64,000 bases of DNA, taken from Desulfurococcales archaeon. Its GTDB lineage: Archaea; Thermoproteota; Thermoprotei_A; Sulfolobales; NBVN01. Position 1 is the stretch's first letter. Each line of letters starts with the position of its first letter. The stretch spans positions 73,782 through 137,781 of the forward strand of contig WAOK01000001.1 of NCBI GenBank assembly GCA_015521325.1, given 5' to 3'. Below the pieces are notes generated by a model. The model saw only the letters and a program-made list of their open reading frames with translations, ran no database searches and was not told where the DNA came from. Shown here piece after piece: positions 52,958 to 60,963 of the stretch. Both the position numbers and the translations under genes were made by a program.

Positions 52958-53494
52958 TTGATACTCTACTCTGAGGCAGTGAAGCAGCTCCGCCTCAACC
53001 GCCCGGATAGGGCGAGGAGGTATGTGGGGATAGGGCTCAGCCTCCTAGCTAAGGCTAAGGCGAAGAAGCCGATGCCCTACAGGAGGTGGGTGTGCAAGAA
53101 CTGCGGCTTACCTCTTGTGCCGGGGCTCTCGGCAACAGTTAGGGTACGGGGTGATAGGAAGTACGTAATATTAGTGCGGAGATGTGTATTCTGTGGTTGG
53201 GTGAGTAGGTTACCCATGCCGAGGAAAAAGAGATCGAAAAAGGTTGTTGAGGCAATCCAAGGCGAGGCCCACGTACGCATCGGAAAGCAGGGTGTGACGG
53301 AGGGCGTGCTTAAGGAGATCGACAGACTCCTCGAGGATCGCGGTGTGATTAAGGTGAAGGTACTGAAGTCACTCCGAAGAAAAGAAGACTTCGACATCGA
53401 CAAAGTGGCTGAGGAAGTTGCTGCGAAGCTCGGTGCCAGGGTCGAGGACGTGAGAGGAGGTACCTTCGTGCTGAGCAGGAGAAAGAAGAAGTAA
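52958..53494 (+). CDS. rnp4: RNase P protein component 4 (Rpp21/Rpr2) fused in frame to a YhbY/CRS1 (CRM) RNA-binding domain
   Basis: Track ORF of 178 aa with a TTG start. Residues ~1-88 are RARRYVGIGLSLL...WVCKNCGLPLVPGLSATVRVRGDRKYVILVRRCVFCGWVSRLP, the Rpp21 zinc ribbon. Residues ~95-178 are HVRIGKQGVTEGVLKEIDRLLEDRGVIKVKVLK...ARVEDVRGGTFVL, which is YhbY-like. No stop codon lies between the two parts. Confidence 0.75.
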   Translation: MILYSEAVKQLRLNRPDRARRYVGIGLSLLAKAKAKKPMPYRRWVCKNCGLPLVPGLSATVRVRGDRKYVILVRRCVFCGWVSRLPMPRKKRSKKVVEAIQGEAHVRIGKQGVTEGVLKEIDRLLEDRGVIKVKVLKSLRRKEDFDIDKVAEEVAAKLGARVEDVRGGTFVLSRRKKK

Positions 53495-53498
53495 GCCT

Positions 53499-53575
53499 TG
53501 GTGCCGCCGCGGGGATTTGAACCCCGGACACCCCGGTCTTCAGCCGGGTGCTCTCCCGGGCTGAGCTACGGCGGC
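53499..53575 (-). tRNA. tRNA-Phe (anticodon GAA), CCA encoded
   Basis: The minus strand reads GCCGCCG-UA-GCUC-AGCCCGGGA-GAGC-A-CCCGG-CUGAAGA-CCGGG-GUGUC-CGGGG-UUCAAAU-CCCCG-CGGCGGC-A-CCA. Confidence 0.95.
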
Positions 53576-53619
53576 CCAATGAAAAACGGTTGAAGACCCC
53601 TAATTAAGCTTACCTTACG

Positions 53620-54087
53620 CTAGATGTCCAGGACTACTCTGGCGTACCAGCACCCATCGTCCTTACCTATCTCCATCATTGAGTATGTGACCGCCTTGAC
53701 CTCGGTTCCCTTAACGTGCTTGCTCTCGTCAAACTCCTCCCCAAACGCCTCCCCAGCGAATCTGACGACGTCACCCTCCTCCCTCACGTACTCGACGCGG
53801 AAATCAGAGAAAACTAAGCCTTCAGCGTCATGAAGTATCAGCAGTTCCTCCAACCACCTGTACAGGGCGTTGAAGAGGTCTATGCCTTCACCCTCAATTC
53901 TCCTCCTCACCTCCTTCTCCACCTTACTGATATCGGTGATCACAGAGAACATCGCCTTAGCAGCCTCCTCAAACACCTCCTCCAGTGTCTCTCCCCGCGC
54001 CTCAAAGTACACGTCCGCCGTATGCTCCAAAAACTTGAAGCCACGGCACTTGTTCATCCCTACCACCACATGAGGTGGGTGAGACAA
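53620..54087 (-). CDS. archease (RtcB activator)
   Basis: Track ORF of 155 aa. FKFLEHTADVYFEARGETLEEVFEEAAKAMFSVI...GTEVKAVTYSMMEI is present. The probable start is ATG 54057. Confidence 0.9.
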   Translation of the reverse strand: MSHPPHVVVGMNKCRGFKFLEHTADVYFEARGETLEEVFEEAAKAMFSVITDISKVEKEVRRRIEGEGIDLFNALYRWLEELLILHDAEGLVFSDFRVEYVREEGDVVRFAGEAFGEEFDESKHVKGTEVKAVTYSMMEIGKDDGCWYARVVLDI

Positions 54088-54126
54088 GGGTTAAAGCTTA
54101 AACACCTCCACCGCCTAATAACCTCG

Positions 54127-54205
54127 GCGGCGGTCGTCTAGCCTGGTCTAGGACGCCGGCCTTCCGAGCCGGTAATCCCGGGTTCAAATCCCGGCCGCCG
54201 CACCA
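54127..54205 (+). tRNA. tRNA-Gly (anticodon UCC), CCA encoded
   Basis: The sequence reads GCGGCGG-UC-GUCU-AGCCUGGUCUA-GGAC-G-CCGGC-CUUCCGA-GCCGG-UAAUC-CCGGG-UUCAAAU-CCCGG-CCGCCGC-A-CCA. Confidence 0.95.
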
Positions 54206-54274
54206 GAGAGTGTTATCGGCGTTATCTATATCTATAAAACCCCTAGCTCAAGATACGGAGGAGGTAGGGTAGTA

Positions 54275-54736
54275 ATGGTTACAGCAAAGGAGGTACCCGC
54301 GGACGAGCTGATACGCGAGTTAGCGGAGGAGCTGAAGAAGATGCCTCAGGTGAAGCCCCCTGAGTGGGCAATGTTCGCGAAGACGGGTAGTCATAAGGAG
54401 AAGGTGCCGGAGGATCCAGACTGGTGGTACGTGAGGGCGGCAAGCATACTTAGGAAGCTGTACATAAGTAGTGAACCAATAGGGATAGGTACGTTCAGGA
54501 CTATTTACGGTGGCAGGAAAGAGCGCGGGTCAAGGCCCCCGCATTTCCGTAAGGCTGGCGGCTCACACATTAGGAAGATACTCCAGCAGCTCGAGGCAGC
54601 TGGCCTGGTCCAGACCGTGAAGGGTAGGGGGAGGACGCTCAGCCCTGCCGGAAGATCGTTCGTCGATAAGGTAGTCAAGAGGGTGTTCGACAGGCTCGTT
54701 GAGAGAATGCCGGAGATGGCGAAGTACGCGGGGTGA
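54275..54736 (+). CDS. rps19e: 30S ribosomal protein S19e (eS19)
   Basis: Track ORF of 153 aa. KPPEWAMFAKTGSHKEKVPEDPDWWYVRAASILRKLY...GSHIRKILQQLEAAGLV is present. ATCTATAAAAC TATA-like and GGAGGAGG SD-like boxes lie upstream. Confidence 0.93.
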   Translation: MVTAKEVPADELIRELAEELKKMPQVKPPEWAMFAKTGSHKEKVPEDPDWWYVRAASILRKLYISSEPIGIGTFRTIYGGRKERGSRPPHFRKAGGSHIRKILQQLEAAGLVQTVKGRGRTLSPAGRSFVDKVVKRVFDRLVERMPEMAKYAG

Positions 54737-55083
54737 CAGGCAAAATGAGTTACGATCCCGAACTCGAGGAGCTTTTGAAGAAAAAGGCTGCTCAACTACA
54801 AGAAAAGGCTGCTGAGTCCAGGGCAGCGAAGGCGGAGGAGGCCGAGGCCCAGCGGAGGCTTATCTTAAGGGCCGCGCTCACTTCTGAGGCTTACGATAGA
54901 CTCTATAGAGTGAAGCTCGCTCACCCTCAGCTCGCGAAGCTAGTTGAGGACTACGTGATTAATCTCTACCTCAGTGGTGCCCTACGCAGGAAAATAACTG
55001 ATGAAGAGCTCAAAGCTCTTTTAGCCGAGATCTATGAGAAATACATGCACAGGGAGACGAGGATAGTGTTTAAGAGGAGGTGA
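54733..55083 (+). CDS. PDCD5/TFAR19-like DNA-binding protein
   Basis: Track ORF of 116 aa. [39 protein letters not shown]...[11 protein letters not shown] is present. The likely start is ATG 54745. Confidence 0.8.
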   Translation: MTGKMSYDPELEELLKKKAAQLQEKAAESRAAKAEEAEAQRRLILRAALTSEAYDRLYRVKLAHPQLAKLVEDYVINLYLSGALRRKITDEELKALLAEIYEKYMHRETRIVFKRR

Positions 55084-55088
55084 GTGAG

Positions 55089-55247
55089 GTGGCGAGAAAC
55101 AAGCACGTGGCGAGGAAGCTCCGCCTCGCTAAAGCAGGCAAGTCTAATTCACCGACCCCGGTATGGGTCGTAATGAAGACCCTCAGGCGGGTCAGGTACC
55201 TCCCTAGGCTGAGGCATTGGAGGAGGACTAAGCTGAAGAACGTGTGA
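55089..55247 (+). CDS. rpl39e: 50S ribosomal protein L39e (eL39)
   Basis: This gene is below the ORF-track cutoff. My translation from the GTG is [52 protein letters not shown] (52 aa). Confidence 0.88.
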   Translation: MARNKHVARKLRLAKAGKSNSPTPVWVVMKTLRRVRYLPRLRHWRRTKLKNV

Positions 55248-55257
55248 GGGGTGATGT

Positions 55258-55590
55258 ATGATGTCCTCTAAAGAAGAGAGGAAGTCCCGTGTTACCGAGG
55301 GTCTCTACATAATCAACCTCTCAAGGGTTTACTGGAGCGGTAGGAGGAGGAGAGCCCCAAGGGCTATAAGAACGATAAGGGAGTTTATCCAGCGCCACAC
55401 TAAGGCTGAGAAAGTCATCATTGATAACAGCGTGAACGAGTACATCTTCTCCAGGCGCTACGATAAGCCGCCTAGGCGCATAGCGGTGATGGTCTCACGA
55501 GTCTCATCGGAGCCGCTGGTTGTGAAGGTCAGTCTGGCGGTGCCGATTCGGCAGGAGAGCGTGGGGAAGGAAGAGAGCGGTGAGGGCTGA
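55258..55590 (+). CDS. rpl31e: 50S ribosomal protein L31e (eL31)
   Basis: Track ORF of 110 aa. YIINLSRVYWSGRRRRAPRAIRTIREFIQRHTK...VIIDNSVNEYIFSRRYDKPPRRI is present. Confidence 0.9.
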   Translation: MMSSKEERKSRVTEGLYIINLSRVYWSGRRRRAPRAIRTIREFIQRHTKAEKVIIDNSVNEYIFSRRYDKPPRRIAVMVSRVSSEPLVVKVSLAVPIRQESVGKEESGEG

Positions 55591-56258
55591 TGGCACTTGA
55601 GAGAGCACGTATTTTCGGTAACCCGAACATCGGTATTTACGTATTCGTCAATAACAAGTTCGCCCTAACACCGAAGGGGATCGACGGCAGGGTCAAGAGA
55701 AAGATAGCTGATATTCTCTCTGTCGAGGTTTTCGAGATCACAATTGCCAAGTCACCCTTAATCGGTGTATTTGTCGCAGGGAATGATCGGGCAGTACTGG
55801 TGCCCAGAATAGCCGAGGAGGAAGAAGTAGAGTACCTCAAAAACCTCGGTCTACCTGTCTCAGTAATCGACACCGCCTATACAGCGCTTGGTAATGTCGT
55901 TCTCTCGAACAACAGGGCAGCTCTGCTTCACCCAGAGATACCGGATGCGGATGCAGAGAAGATCGTGAAAGCCCTCGGCGTCGAGCGTTGGAGGAAGGCC
56001 ACCATAGCAGGTGTACCCACTGTCGGCTCGGCAGCGGTCATTACCGAGAAAGGCGGGGTAGTTCACCCGGATGCTAGTGACGCAGAGCTCGAGGAGCTAA
56101 GAAAGTTCTTTGGAGTATTCGTGGACACGGGCACAGTCAACTTCGGCATAGCATTTATTAAGACTGGGTTGCTAGCCAATAACGTCGGGGCACTCGTCGG
56201 CGAGAGGACGACGGGCCCGGAGATAATGAGGATAATGAGGGCACTGAACCTGGGGTGA
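55590..56258 (+). CDS. eif6: translation initiation factor 6 (aIF6)
   Basis: Track ORF of 222 aa. The pentein repeats are FGNPNIGIYVFVNNKFALTP...PLIGVFVAGNDRAVLVP...GNVVLSNNRAALLHP. Confidence 0.93.
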   Translation: MALERARIFGNPNIGIYVFVNNKFALTPKGIDGRVKRKIADILSVEVFEITIAKSPLIGVFVAGNDRAVLVPRIAEEEEVEYLKNLGLPVSVIDTAYTALGNVVLSNNRAALLHPEIPDADAEKIVKALGVERWRKATIAGVPTVGSAAVITEKGGVVHPDASDAELEELRKFFGVFVDTGTVNFGIAFIKTGLLANNVGALVGERTTGPEIMRIMRALNLG

Positions 56259-56264
56259 GTAGGA

Positions 56265-56528
56265 ATGGGGTATGTTAAGGTGTACCGGGTTAAGGGTGTG
56301 GCTCTCTTCAGTCCGGATCACCTTAGGGAGTGGCAGCCGTTCACCATAGACGTCAGGGCGGTGAAGCCCGAGGACGCTGTGGAGAAGGTGTTCTCCGACT
56401 TAGGGAGTAGGCATAAGCTGAAGAGGGCGCACATACGCATACTCTCCGTTGAGGAGATAAGGCCTGAGGAGGCCAAGAAGAAATACATACGTGACCTCGA
56501 CCTCATCAAGGGGTGGTTTGTTGAGTAA
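56265..56528 (+). CDS. rplX: 50S ribosomal protein LX (eL20/L18Ae family)
   Basis: Track ORF of 87 aa. KVYRVKG...FTIDVRAVKPEDAVEKVFSDLGSRHKLKRAHIRI is present. It holds the canonical position after aIF6. Confidence 0.85.
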   Translation: MGYVKVYRVKGVALFSPDHLREWQPFTIDVRAVKPEDAVEKVFSDLGSRHKLKRAHIRILSVEEIRPEEAKKKYIRDLDLIKGWFVE

Positions 56529-56991
56529 GGAAGGCGCGAGGGGTATATCCCTCAACGACCTCCTCGCAATGAGGGAATTGCTTCGGAACTACGTAAACGA
56601 CCTCCTCAACCTCACACTAAGCAAGCAGACCCAGCTAAGTAATATGAAGGCCTCCCTCAGATTTATTCAATCGATGGCCTCGGAGAAACCCCCCGAGGAA
56701 GCCATGATACCGCTTGACCCAACAGCGACGGCCCTGCTTAGGGTGCCTGTTAAGGCGGAGTCCGTGGTCGTCTACATAGGTAACCAGTACTACGCAGAAG
56801 TCGGGCCCGATGTCGCCAAAAGGATAGTTGAGGAACAGGTCAAGAGAGTCGAGGACGACATAAAGTCTATTGAGAAAGAGATTGAGAAGGCTAGCAGGGA
56901 ACTCAACGAGCTAGAGGCATTTATAAATAGTGTGGTTTCAGCAGCGAGACAGGCAACAGCAAAGGGTAAGGAGGGATCTTCCGGGGAGTGA
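56491..56991 (+). CDS. pfdA: prefoldin alpha subunit
   Basis: Track ORF of 166 aa. Coiled-coil arms flank two beta hairpins (MIPLDPTATALLRVPV...VVVYIGNQYYAEV). The true start is probably TTG 56518/56521, just before the LX stop. Confidence 0.75.
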   Translation: MTSTSSRGGLLSKEGARGISLNDLLAMRELLRNYVNDLLNLTLSKQTQLSNMKASLRFIQSMASEKPPEEAMIPLDPTATALLRVPVKAESVVVYIGNQYYAEVGPDVAKRIVEEQVKRVEDDIKSIEKEIEKASRELNELEAFINSVVSAARQATAKGKEGSSGE

Positions 56992-57010
56992 TGCGTACAG
57001 GGTAGGTGTC

Positions 57011-57928
57011 ATGTTTGGTAAGATAAGTAAGGCCCTCAAAAGCCTCACAAAGAAGGTCTCCGAGGCGATATCCACTAAGGAGCTCACCGAAGAGGAGTTT
57101 GATGAGATCTTTGATGAATTCAGCATACAGCTCCTCGAAGGAGACGTGGCGTATGACGCAGTAGAGGAGCTTAGGGAGATCCTCAAGAGCAAGCTCGTCG
57201 GCCTCAAGCTCCCGAGGTTCAAAGGGAGCGAGAAGGTTGTTGAGGAAAGGATAAGGGAGGCATTACGCGAGCTCCTAACTAAGGGCAGGCCCGAGAAGGA
57301 CCTCATCACACTAGTCAAAGAGGGCCCCCACCCCTACAAAGTAGTCTTCATGGGAGTGAACGGAGTCGGAAAGACAACAACGATAGCTAAGGTAGCCTAC
57401 CTCCTCCGCAAGAACGGGTTATTACCCGTCATCGTGGCTTCAGACACTTTCAGGGCGGGTGCGCAGGAGCAGTTGGCCCTTCATGCTAGGAAGCTTGGCA
57501 TACCCTTTATAAAGGGTAAGTATGGGGGCGATCCAGCGGCGGTGGCCGTGGACGGCATTAGGTACGCTGAAGCGAATAGGCTGGATGCAGTCTTGATAGA
57601 TACTGCAGGCAGGATGCACACAGACAGGAACCTGATGGAAGAGATAAGAAAAATTGTTAGGGTAGTAAGGCCGCAGATGAAGGTTCTGGTCCTTGACGCA
57701 TTAACGGGTAATGACGCAATCAGCCAGGCGCAGTGGTTCGATGAAGCCGTAGGTATTGACGCTGTAATACTCACAAAGCTTGATGCCGACGCTAAGGGAG
57801 GCTCAGCCCTTAGTATACTTCTCGCAATAAGAAAACCAATACTATACGTCGGCGTAGGACAGGGATACGAAGATCTCCTTCCATATGACCCGGATGAAAT
57901 ACTTAATAGGTTATTGGGCGAGGGGTAA
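57011..57928 (+). CDS. ftsY: signal recognition particle receptor FtsY
   Basis: The track ORF starts at 56930 and overlaps pfdA. ATG 57011 gives MFGKISKALKSL.... The NG domain shows GVNGVGKTTTIAKVA, DTFRAGAQEQL, DTAGR and TKLDADAKGG. Confidence 0.93.
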   Translation: MFGKISKALKSLTKKVSEAISTKELTEEEFDEIFDEFSIQLLEGDVAYDAVEELREILKSKLVGLKLPRFKGSEKVVEERIREALRELLTKGRPEKDLITLVKEGPHPYKVVFMGVNGVGKTTTIAKVAYLLRKNGLLPVIVASDTFRAGAQEQLALHARKLGIPFIKGKYGGDPAAVAVDGIRYAEANRLDAVLIDTAGRMHTDRNLMEEIRKIVRVVRPQMKVLVLDALTGNDAISQAQWFDEAVGIDAVILTKLDADAKGGSALSILLAIRKPILYVGVGQGYEDLLPYDPDEILNRLLGEG

Positions 57929-57946
57929 ATAGCCAGGTGGAGACAG

Positions 57947-58129
57947 ATGAATCTCAGTGAATTATTCCTGGCATGGAGAAAAATACTGACGATCGTAGAG
58001 AAGCCGGAGCCTGACGACTACAAACTATTCCTCAAGATAGCCCTGGGGGGTATACTCCTAGCCGGTGTCATAGGTTTCGCCATACACATAGCCTTCTACT
58101 TCGTACAGGGTGGTGCAGGTGGTGGCTGA
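57947..58129 (+). CDS. secE: preprotein translocase subunit SecE (Sec61-gamma)
   Basis: Track ORF of 60 aa with an amphipathic N-terminus and a single TM helix (LKIALGGILLAGVIGFAIHIAFYFV). It lies directly upstream of spt5, as in other archaea. Confidence 0.8.
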   Translation: MNLSELFLAWRKILTIVEKPEPDDYKLFLKIALGGILLAGVIGFAIHIAFYFVQGGAGGG

Positions 58130-58619
58130 GAGAGAGGCAAAGAAGAAACGAAGAGAGAGACGAGAGTTTATACTTCTTCGCACAGTCGCAGGCAAGGAAG
58201 ATATCGTCGCCTTTGTTATAGAAGATAAAGTCAAGGAGCTCTTGAAGGCTGGGCAGGATCCCGGCATTTACTCTATAGTGGTCCCGGCCGACATAAAGGG
58301 GTACATCGTGGTTGAGGCAAAAAACATACACACGGTTGTGGAACTAGTTAAGGGATTTAGTTATGTAAAGGGCAGGGTTCCAGGTGTCCTTAAGCTTAAA
58401 GAGATCGAGAAAATGGTTAGGACGAAACCTTTCATAGAGCTCATAAAGCCTGGGGACATAGTCGAGATTATTTCAGGCCCCTTCAGGGGGATGCATGCCC
58501 GCGTAACCGATGTAAACCGCGTCAGGCAGGAAATCACCCTCGAGATCCTGGACGCGGCTTTCCCCCTAGAGTTAAAAGTCCCCGTTGAACAGATACGTCC
58601 AGTAAAGAGTAAGGGGTGA
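58110..58619 (+). CDS. spt5: transcription elongation factor Spt5 (NusG)
   Basis: Track ORF of 169 aa with several possible GTG starts (58110-58122). The NGN domain is LLRTVAGKEDIVA...GYIVVEA and the KOW is PGDIVEIISGPFRGMHARV. Confidence 0.9.
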   Translation: MVQVVAEREAKKKRRERREFILLRTVAGKEDIVAFVIEDKVKELLKAGQDPGIYSIVVPADIKGYIVVEAKNIHTVVELVKGFSYVKGRVPGVLKLKEIEKMVRTKPFIELIKPGDIVEIISGPFRGMHARVTDVNRVRQEITLEILDAAFPLELKVPVEQIRPVKSKG

Positions 58620-58622
58620 TGT

Positions 58623-59135
58623 ATGGTGGGCGTCAGACTTGTTAGGGTCAGGGTGCCCGGCGGTAGAGCAAGCCCTGAACCACCACTAGGTCCGGCCCTA
58701 CAGCAGTTCGGTCTCAATGTTGAAGAGGTAGTGAACAAACTCAACGAGCTCACCAAGCACTTCGAGGGCATGGAGGTCACTGTCGATATCTACGTCGACC
58801 CAGATACGAAGGAGTACTTCATAGAGGTTAAGTCTCCGCCAACATCCGAGCTTCTCATAAAGGCTGCTGGCGCTAGCAAGCCTTCCGGAGACCCGGAGCA
58901 CCAGAAAGTGGGGGATGTTTCCCTAGAGGACGTGATTAAGATAGCATTGATGAAGAAGAAGCAGTTAACGGCTAAGACACTGAAGGCGGCGGTGAAGACT
59001 ATCCTGTCCACAGCACAGACAGTCGGTGTTACAGTCAACGGTAAGGAGCCCAGGGACGTGTTGAAGGAGGTGGAGCAGGGCCTCCACGACGAGCTACTGC
59101 TTAAATATGAGGAGGAGTGGAGGAAAGAGGAGTGA
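58623..59135 (+). CDS. rpl11: 50S ribosomal protein L11 (uL11)
   Basis: Track ORF of 170 aa. VPGGRASPEPPLGPALQQFGLNV...PPTSELLIKAAG is present. Confidence 0.95.
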   Translation: MVGVRLVRVRVPGGRASPEPPLGPALQQFGLNVEEVVNKLNELTKHFEGMEVTVDIYVDPDTKEYFIEVKSPPTSELLIKAAGASKPSGDPEHQKVGDVSLEDVIKIALMKKKQLTAKTLKAAVKTILSTAQTVGVTVNGKEPRDVLKEVEQGLHDELLLKYEEEWRKEE

Positions 59136-59150
59136 GGAGGTGCTTAGCCA

Positions 59151-59804
59151 ATGTCCTTGACGAAGGAGGTAATAGCTGACGCGGTGAGGAAGGCGATAGA
59201 GCTCGGTAAGGGCAGGCGCTTCAAGCAGTCAGTGGAGCTCATAGTCGTCCTACCGGGCATAAACCCCAAGTCGCCTGAGGGCAGGTTCAGGGAGACCGTC
59301 ACCCTCCCGCACGGCCTAGGAAAGGATGTTAAGATTCTTGTCGTCGCCTCCGGCGACACCCTCTTGAAGGCTAGGGAGGCAGGCGTCGACGCCATAACGC
59401 TTGACGACCTGAAGGCCATGAACAAGAGGCAGATAAAGAAACTCGCACGCACCTACGACTGGGTACTCGTAAGGGCGGATCTCATGGGTCACGTCGGCAG
59501 GATACTCGGGCCGGCGCTGGGCCCGAGGGGTAAGGCCCCCGTCGTTGTCCCGATAAACGCTGACATAAAGGCGTTTATAGAGAGGTACAGGAGGAGCATA
59601 AGGCTGAGGAACAAGGAGCAACCATGGGTAGGGTGCAGGGTCGGTACCGAGGATATGGAACCGGAGAAGCTCGCTGAGAACATAATGACTGTTCTGGAGG
59701 CGATCAAGAACAAGGTGAAGAGGGAACTCGAGAGCTTCGCCGAGATTTATGTCAAGACAACCATGGGACCCTCGGTAGAGGTACTACCGCCTCCCAAGAG
59801 GTGA
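59151..59804 (+). CDS. rpl1: 50S ribosomal protein L1 (uL1)
   Basis: Track ORF of 217 aa. RRFKQSVELIVVL...YDWVLVRADLMGHVGRILGPALGPRGKAP is present. Confidence 0.95.
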   Translation: MSLTKEVIADAVRKAIELGKGRRFKQSVELIVVLPGINPKSPEGRFRETVTLPHGLGKDVKILVVASGDTLLKAREAGVDAITLDDLKAMNKRQIKKLARTYDWVLVRADLMGHVGRILGPALGPRGKAPVVVPINADIKAFIERYRRSIRLRNKEQPWVGCRVGTEDMEPEKLAENIMTVLEAIKNKVKRELESFAEIYVKTTMGPSVEVLPPPKR

Positions 59805-59810
59805 GCATGA

Positions 59811-60893
59811 ATGAAATGGAAGACCCGGGCCGCACTGGACAGGCTCCTGCGTTACCTTCAGGCCCAGGAGCAGGTCAAGCTCGCTGAGAAGAGGGTAAGA
59901 CCGGCTATTCAGAGGAAGGCCCAGATTGTTGAGGAAATAAAGGAGAACCTTAGGAAGTACCCAACGCTAGTGATTATCGATCTCGAAGGTGTGAGGAACC
60001 AGACATACAAAGCACTGCGCAGGGCCCTAAGCAGGTACGGGGTCATAAAGGTGTATAAGAACAGCCTTGTCCTAAGGGCTATGAAGGAGCTGGGCCTCCC
60101 CTACGCTGATGATGTGGCGAAGTACCTCACAGGAACTAACGCGTTCTTCTTCACAGACCTCAACGCTTTCGAGGCAGCGATGCTCATAGAGAAGGTTGGG
60201 TTCTTGAGGTACGCCAAGCCCGGTGAGATAGCTCCGGCAGATATATACCTGCCTGAGGGGCCAACAGGTATACCGCCTGGCCCTATGCTCTCGGTCTTCG
60301 GCAAGCTAAGAGTCAAGACCATGGTCCGTGAGGGTGTCATCTGGATACAGAAGGAGACCAGGGTAGCTAAGGCTGGTGAGGAGATAGGGCCGGAACTCTC
60401 TTCGCTCCTGAGGAAGCTCGGGATCAAAACAATAGTAGAGAAGGCAAGGCCGAAGGTAGCGATCGACGAAGGCCTAGTCATACCGGGCGAGAAACTGAAG
60501 CTAAACATAGACGAGTTCCGGGACGAGCTAATGAGGGCAGCAGCCATAGCCAAGGAGCTGAGCATCGAAACCGCTCTACCGCTCCCGGACGTGATGCCCG
60601 ACATAATAAAGAGGGCACACATACGTGCCCTAGCCCTAGCGGCTGAGGCAGGGTACGTGGTGCCGGAGACAGCTGAGGACGTGCTGAAGTTAGCGCACAT
60701 AAAGGCCCTATCGCTCGCCGCTGCGCTCCAGGCAGCGGAGCCAGGTCTCGACTTCGGCGTCGCGGCCGCTGCCCCGGCGCCAGCGGCTGCCCCCAAGAAG
60801 GAGGAAGAGGAGAAGGAAGAGGAAGAAGAGGAGGAGAAAAAGGAGGTCAGTGAAGAGGAGCTTGGCACCGGTCTCGAGGGCCTCTTCTTCTAG
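59811..60893 (+). CDS. rplP0: 50S ribosomal stalk protein P0 (uL10)
   Basis: Track ORF of 360 aa. Repeated stalk-binding helices (IIKRAHIRALALAAEAGYV / VLKLAHIKALSLAAAL) are followed by an Ala/Pro linker and the acidic tail EEEKEEEEEEEKKEVSEEELGTGLEGLFF. Confidence 0.95.
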   Translation: MKWKTRAALDRLLRYLQAQEQVKLAEKRVRPAIQRKAQIVEEIKENLRKYPTLVIIDLEGVRNQTYKALRRALSRYGVIKVYKNSLVLRAMKELGLPYADDVAKYLTGTNAFFFTDLNAFEAAMLIEKVGFLRYAKPGEIAPADIYLPEGPTGIPPGPMLSVFGKLRVKTMVREGVIWIQKETRVAKAGEEIGPELSSLLRKLGIKTIVEKARPKVAIDEGLVIPGEKLKLNIDEFRDELMRAAAIAKELSIETALPLPDVMPDIIKRAHIRALALAAEAGYVVPETAEDVLKLAHIKALSLAAALQAAEPGLDFGVAAAAPAPAAAPKKEEEEKEEEEEEEKKEVSEEELGTGLEGLFF

Positions 60894-60963
60894 CCCCGCA
60901 ACCTTTCTTCTCCTAATCAGTAATTAGCCCCAACATCAGCTCTAATTTAGTTGCTGAGGCGGG

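Noticed and set aside
60780-60860. A GAG/GAA/AAG triplet-repeat tract, considered as a tandem repeat.
   Set aside because: It encodes the acidic C-terminal tail of P0 (EEEKEEEEEEEKKE), a normal feature of stalk proteins.
60101-60868. A 255-aa Ser/Ala-rich minus-strand ORF.
   Set aside because: It is the antisense mirror of the P0 gene, whose GAR/GCN-rich codons give an open reverse frame. It has no independent support.
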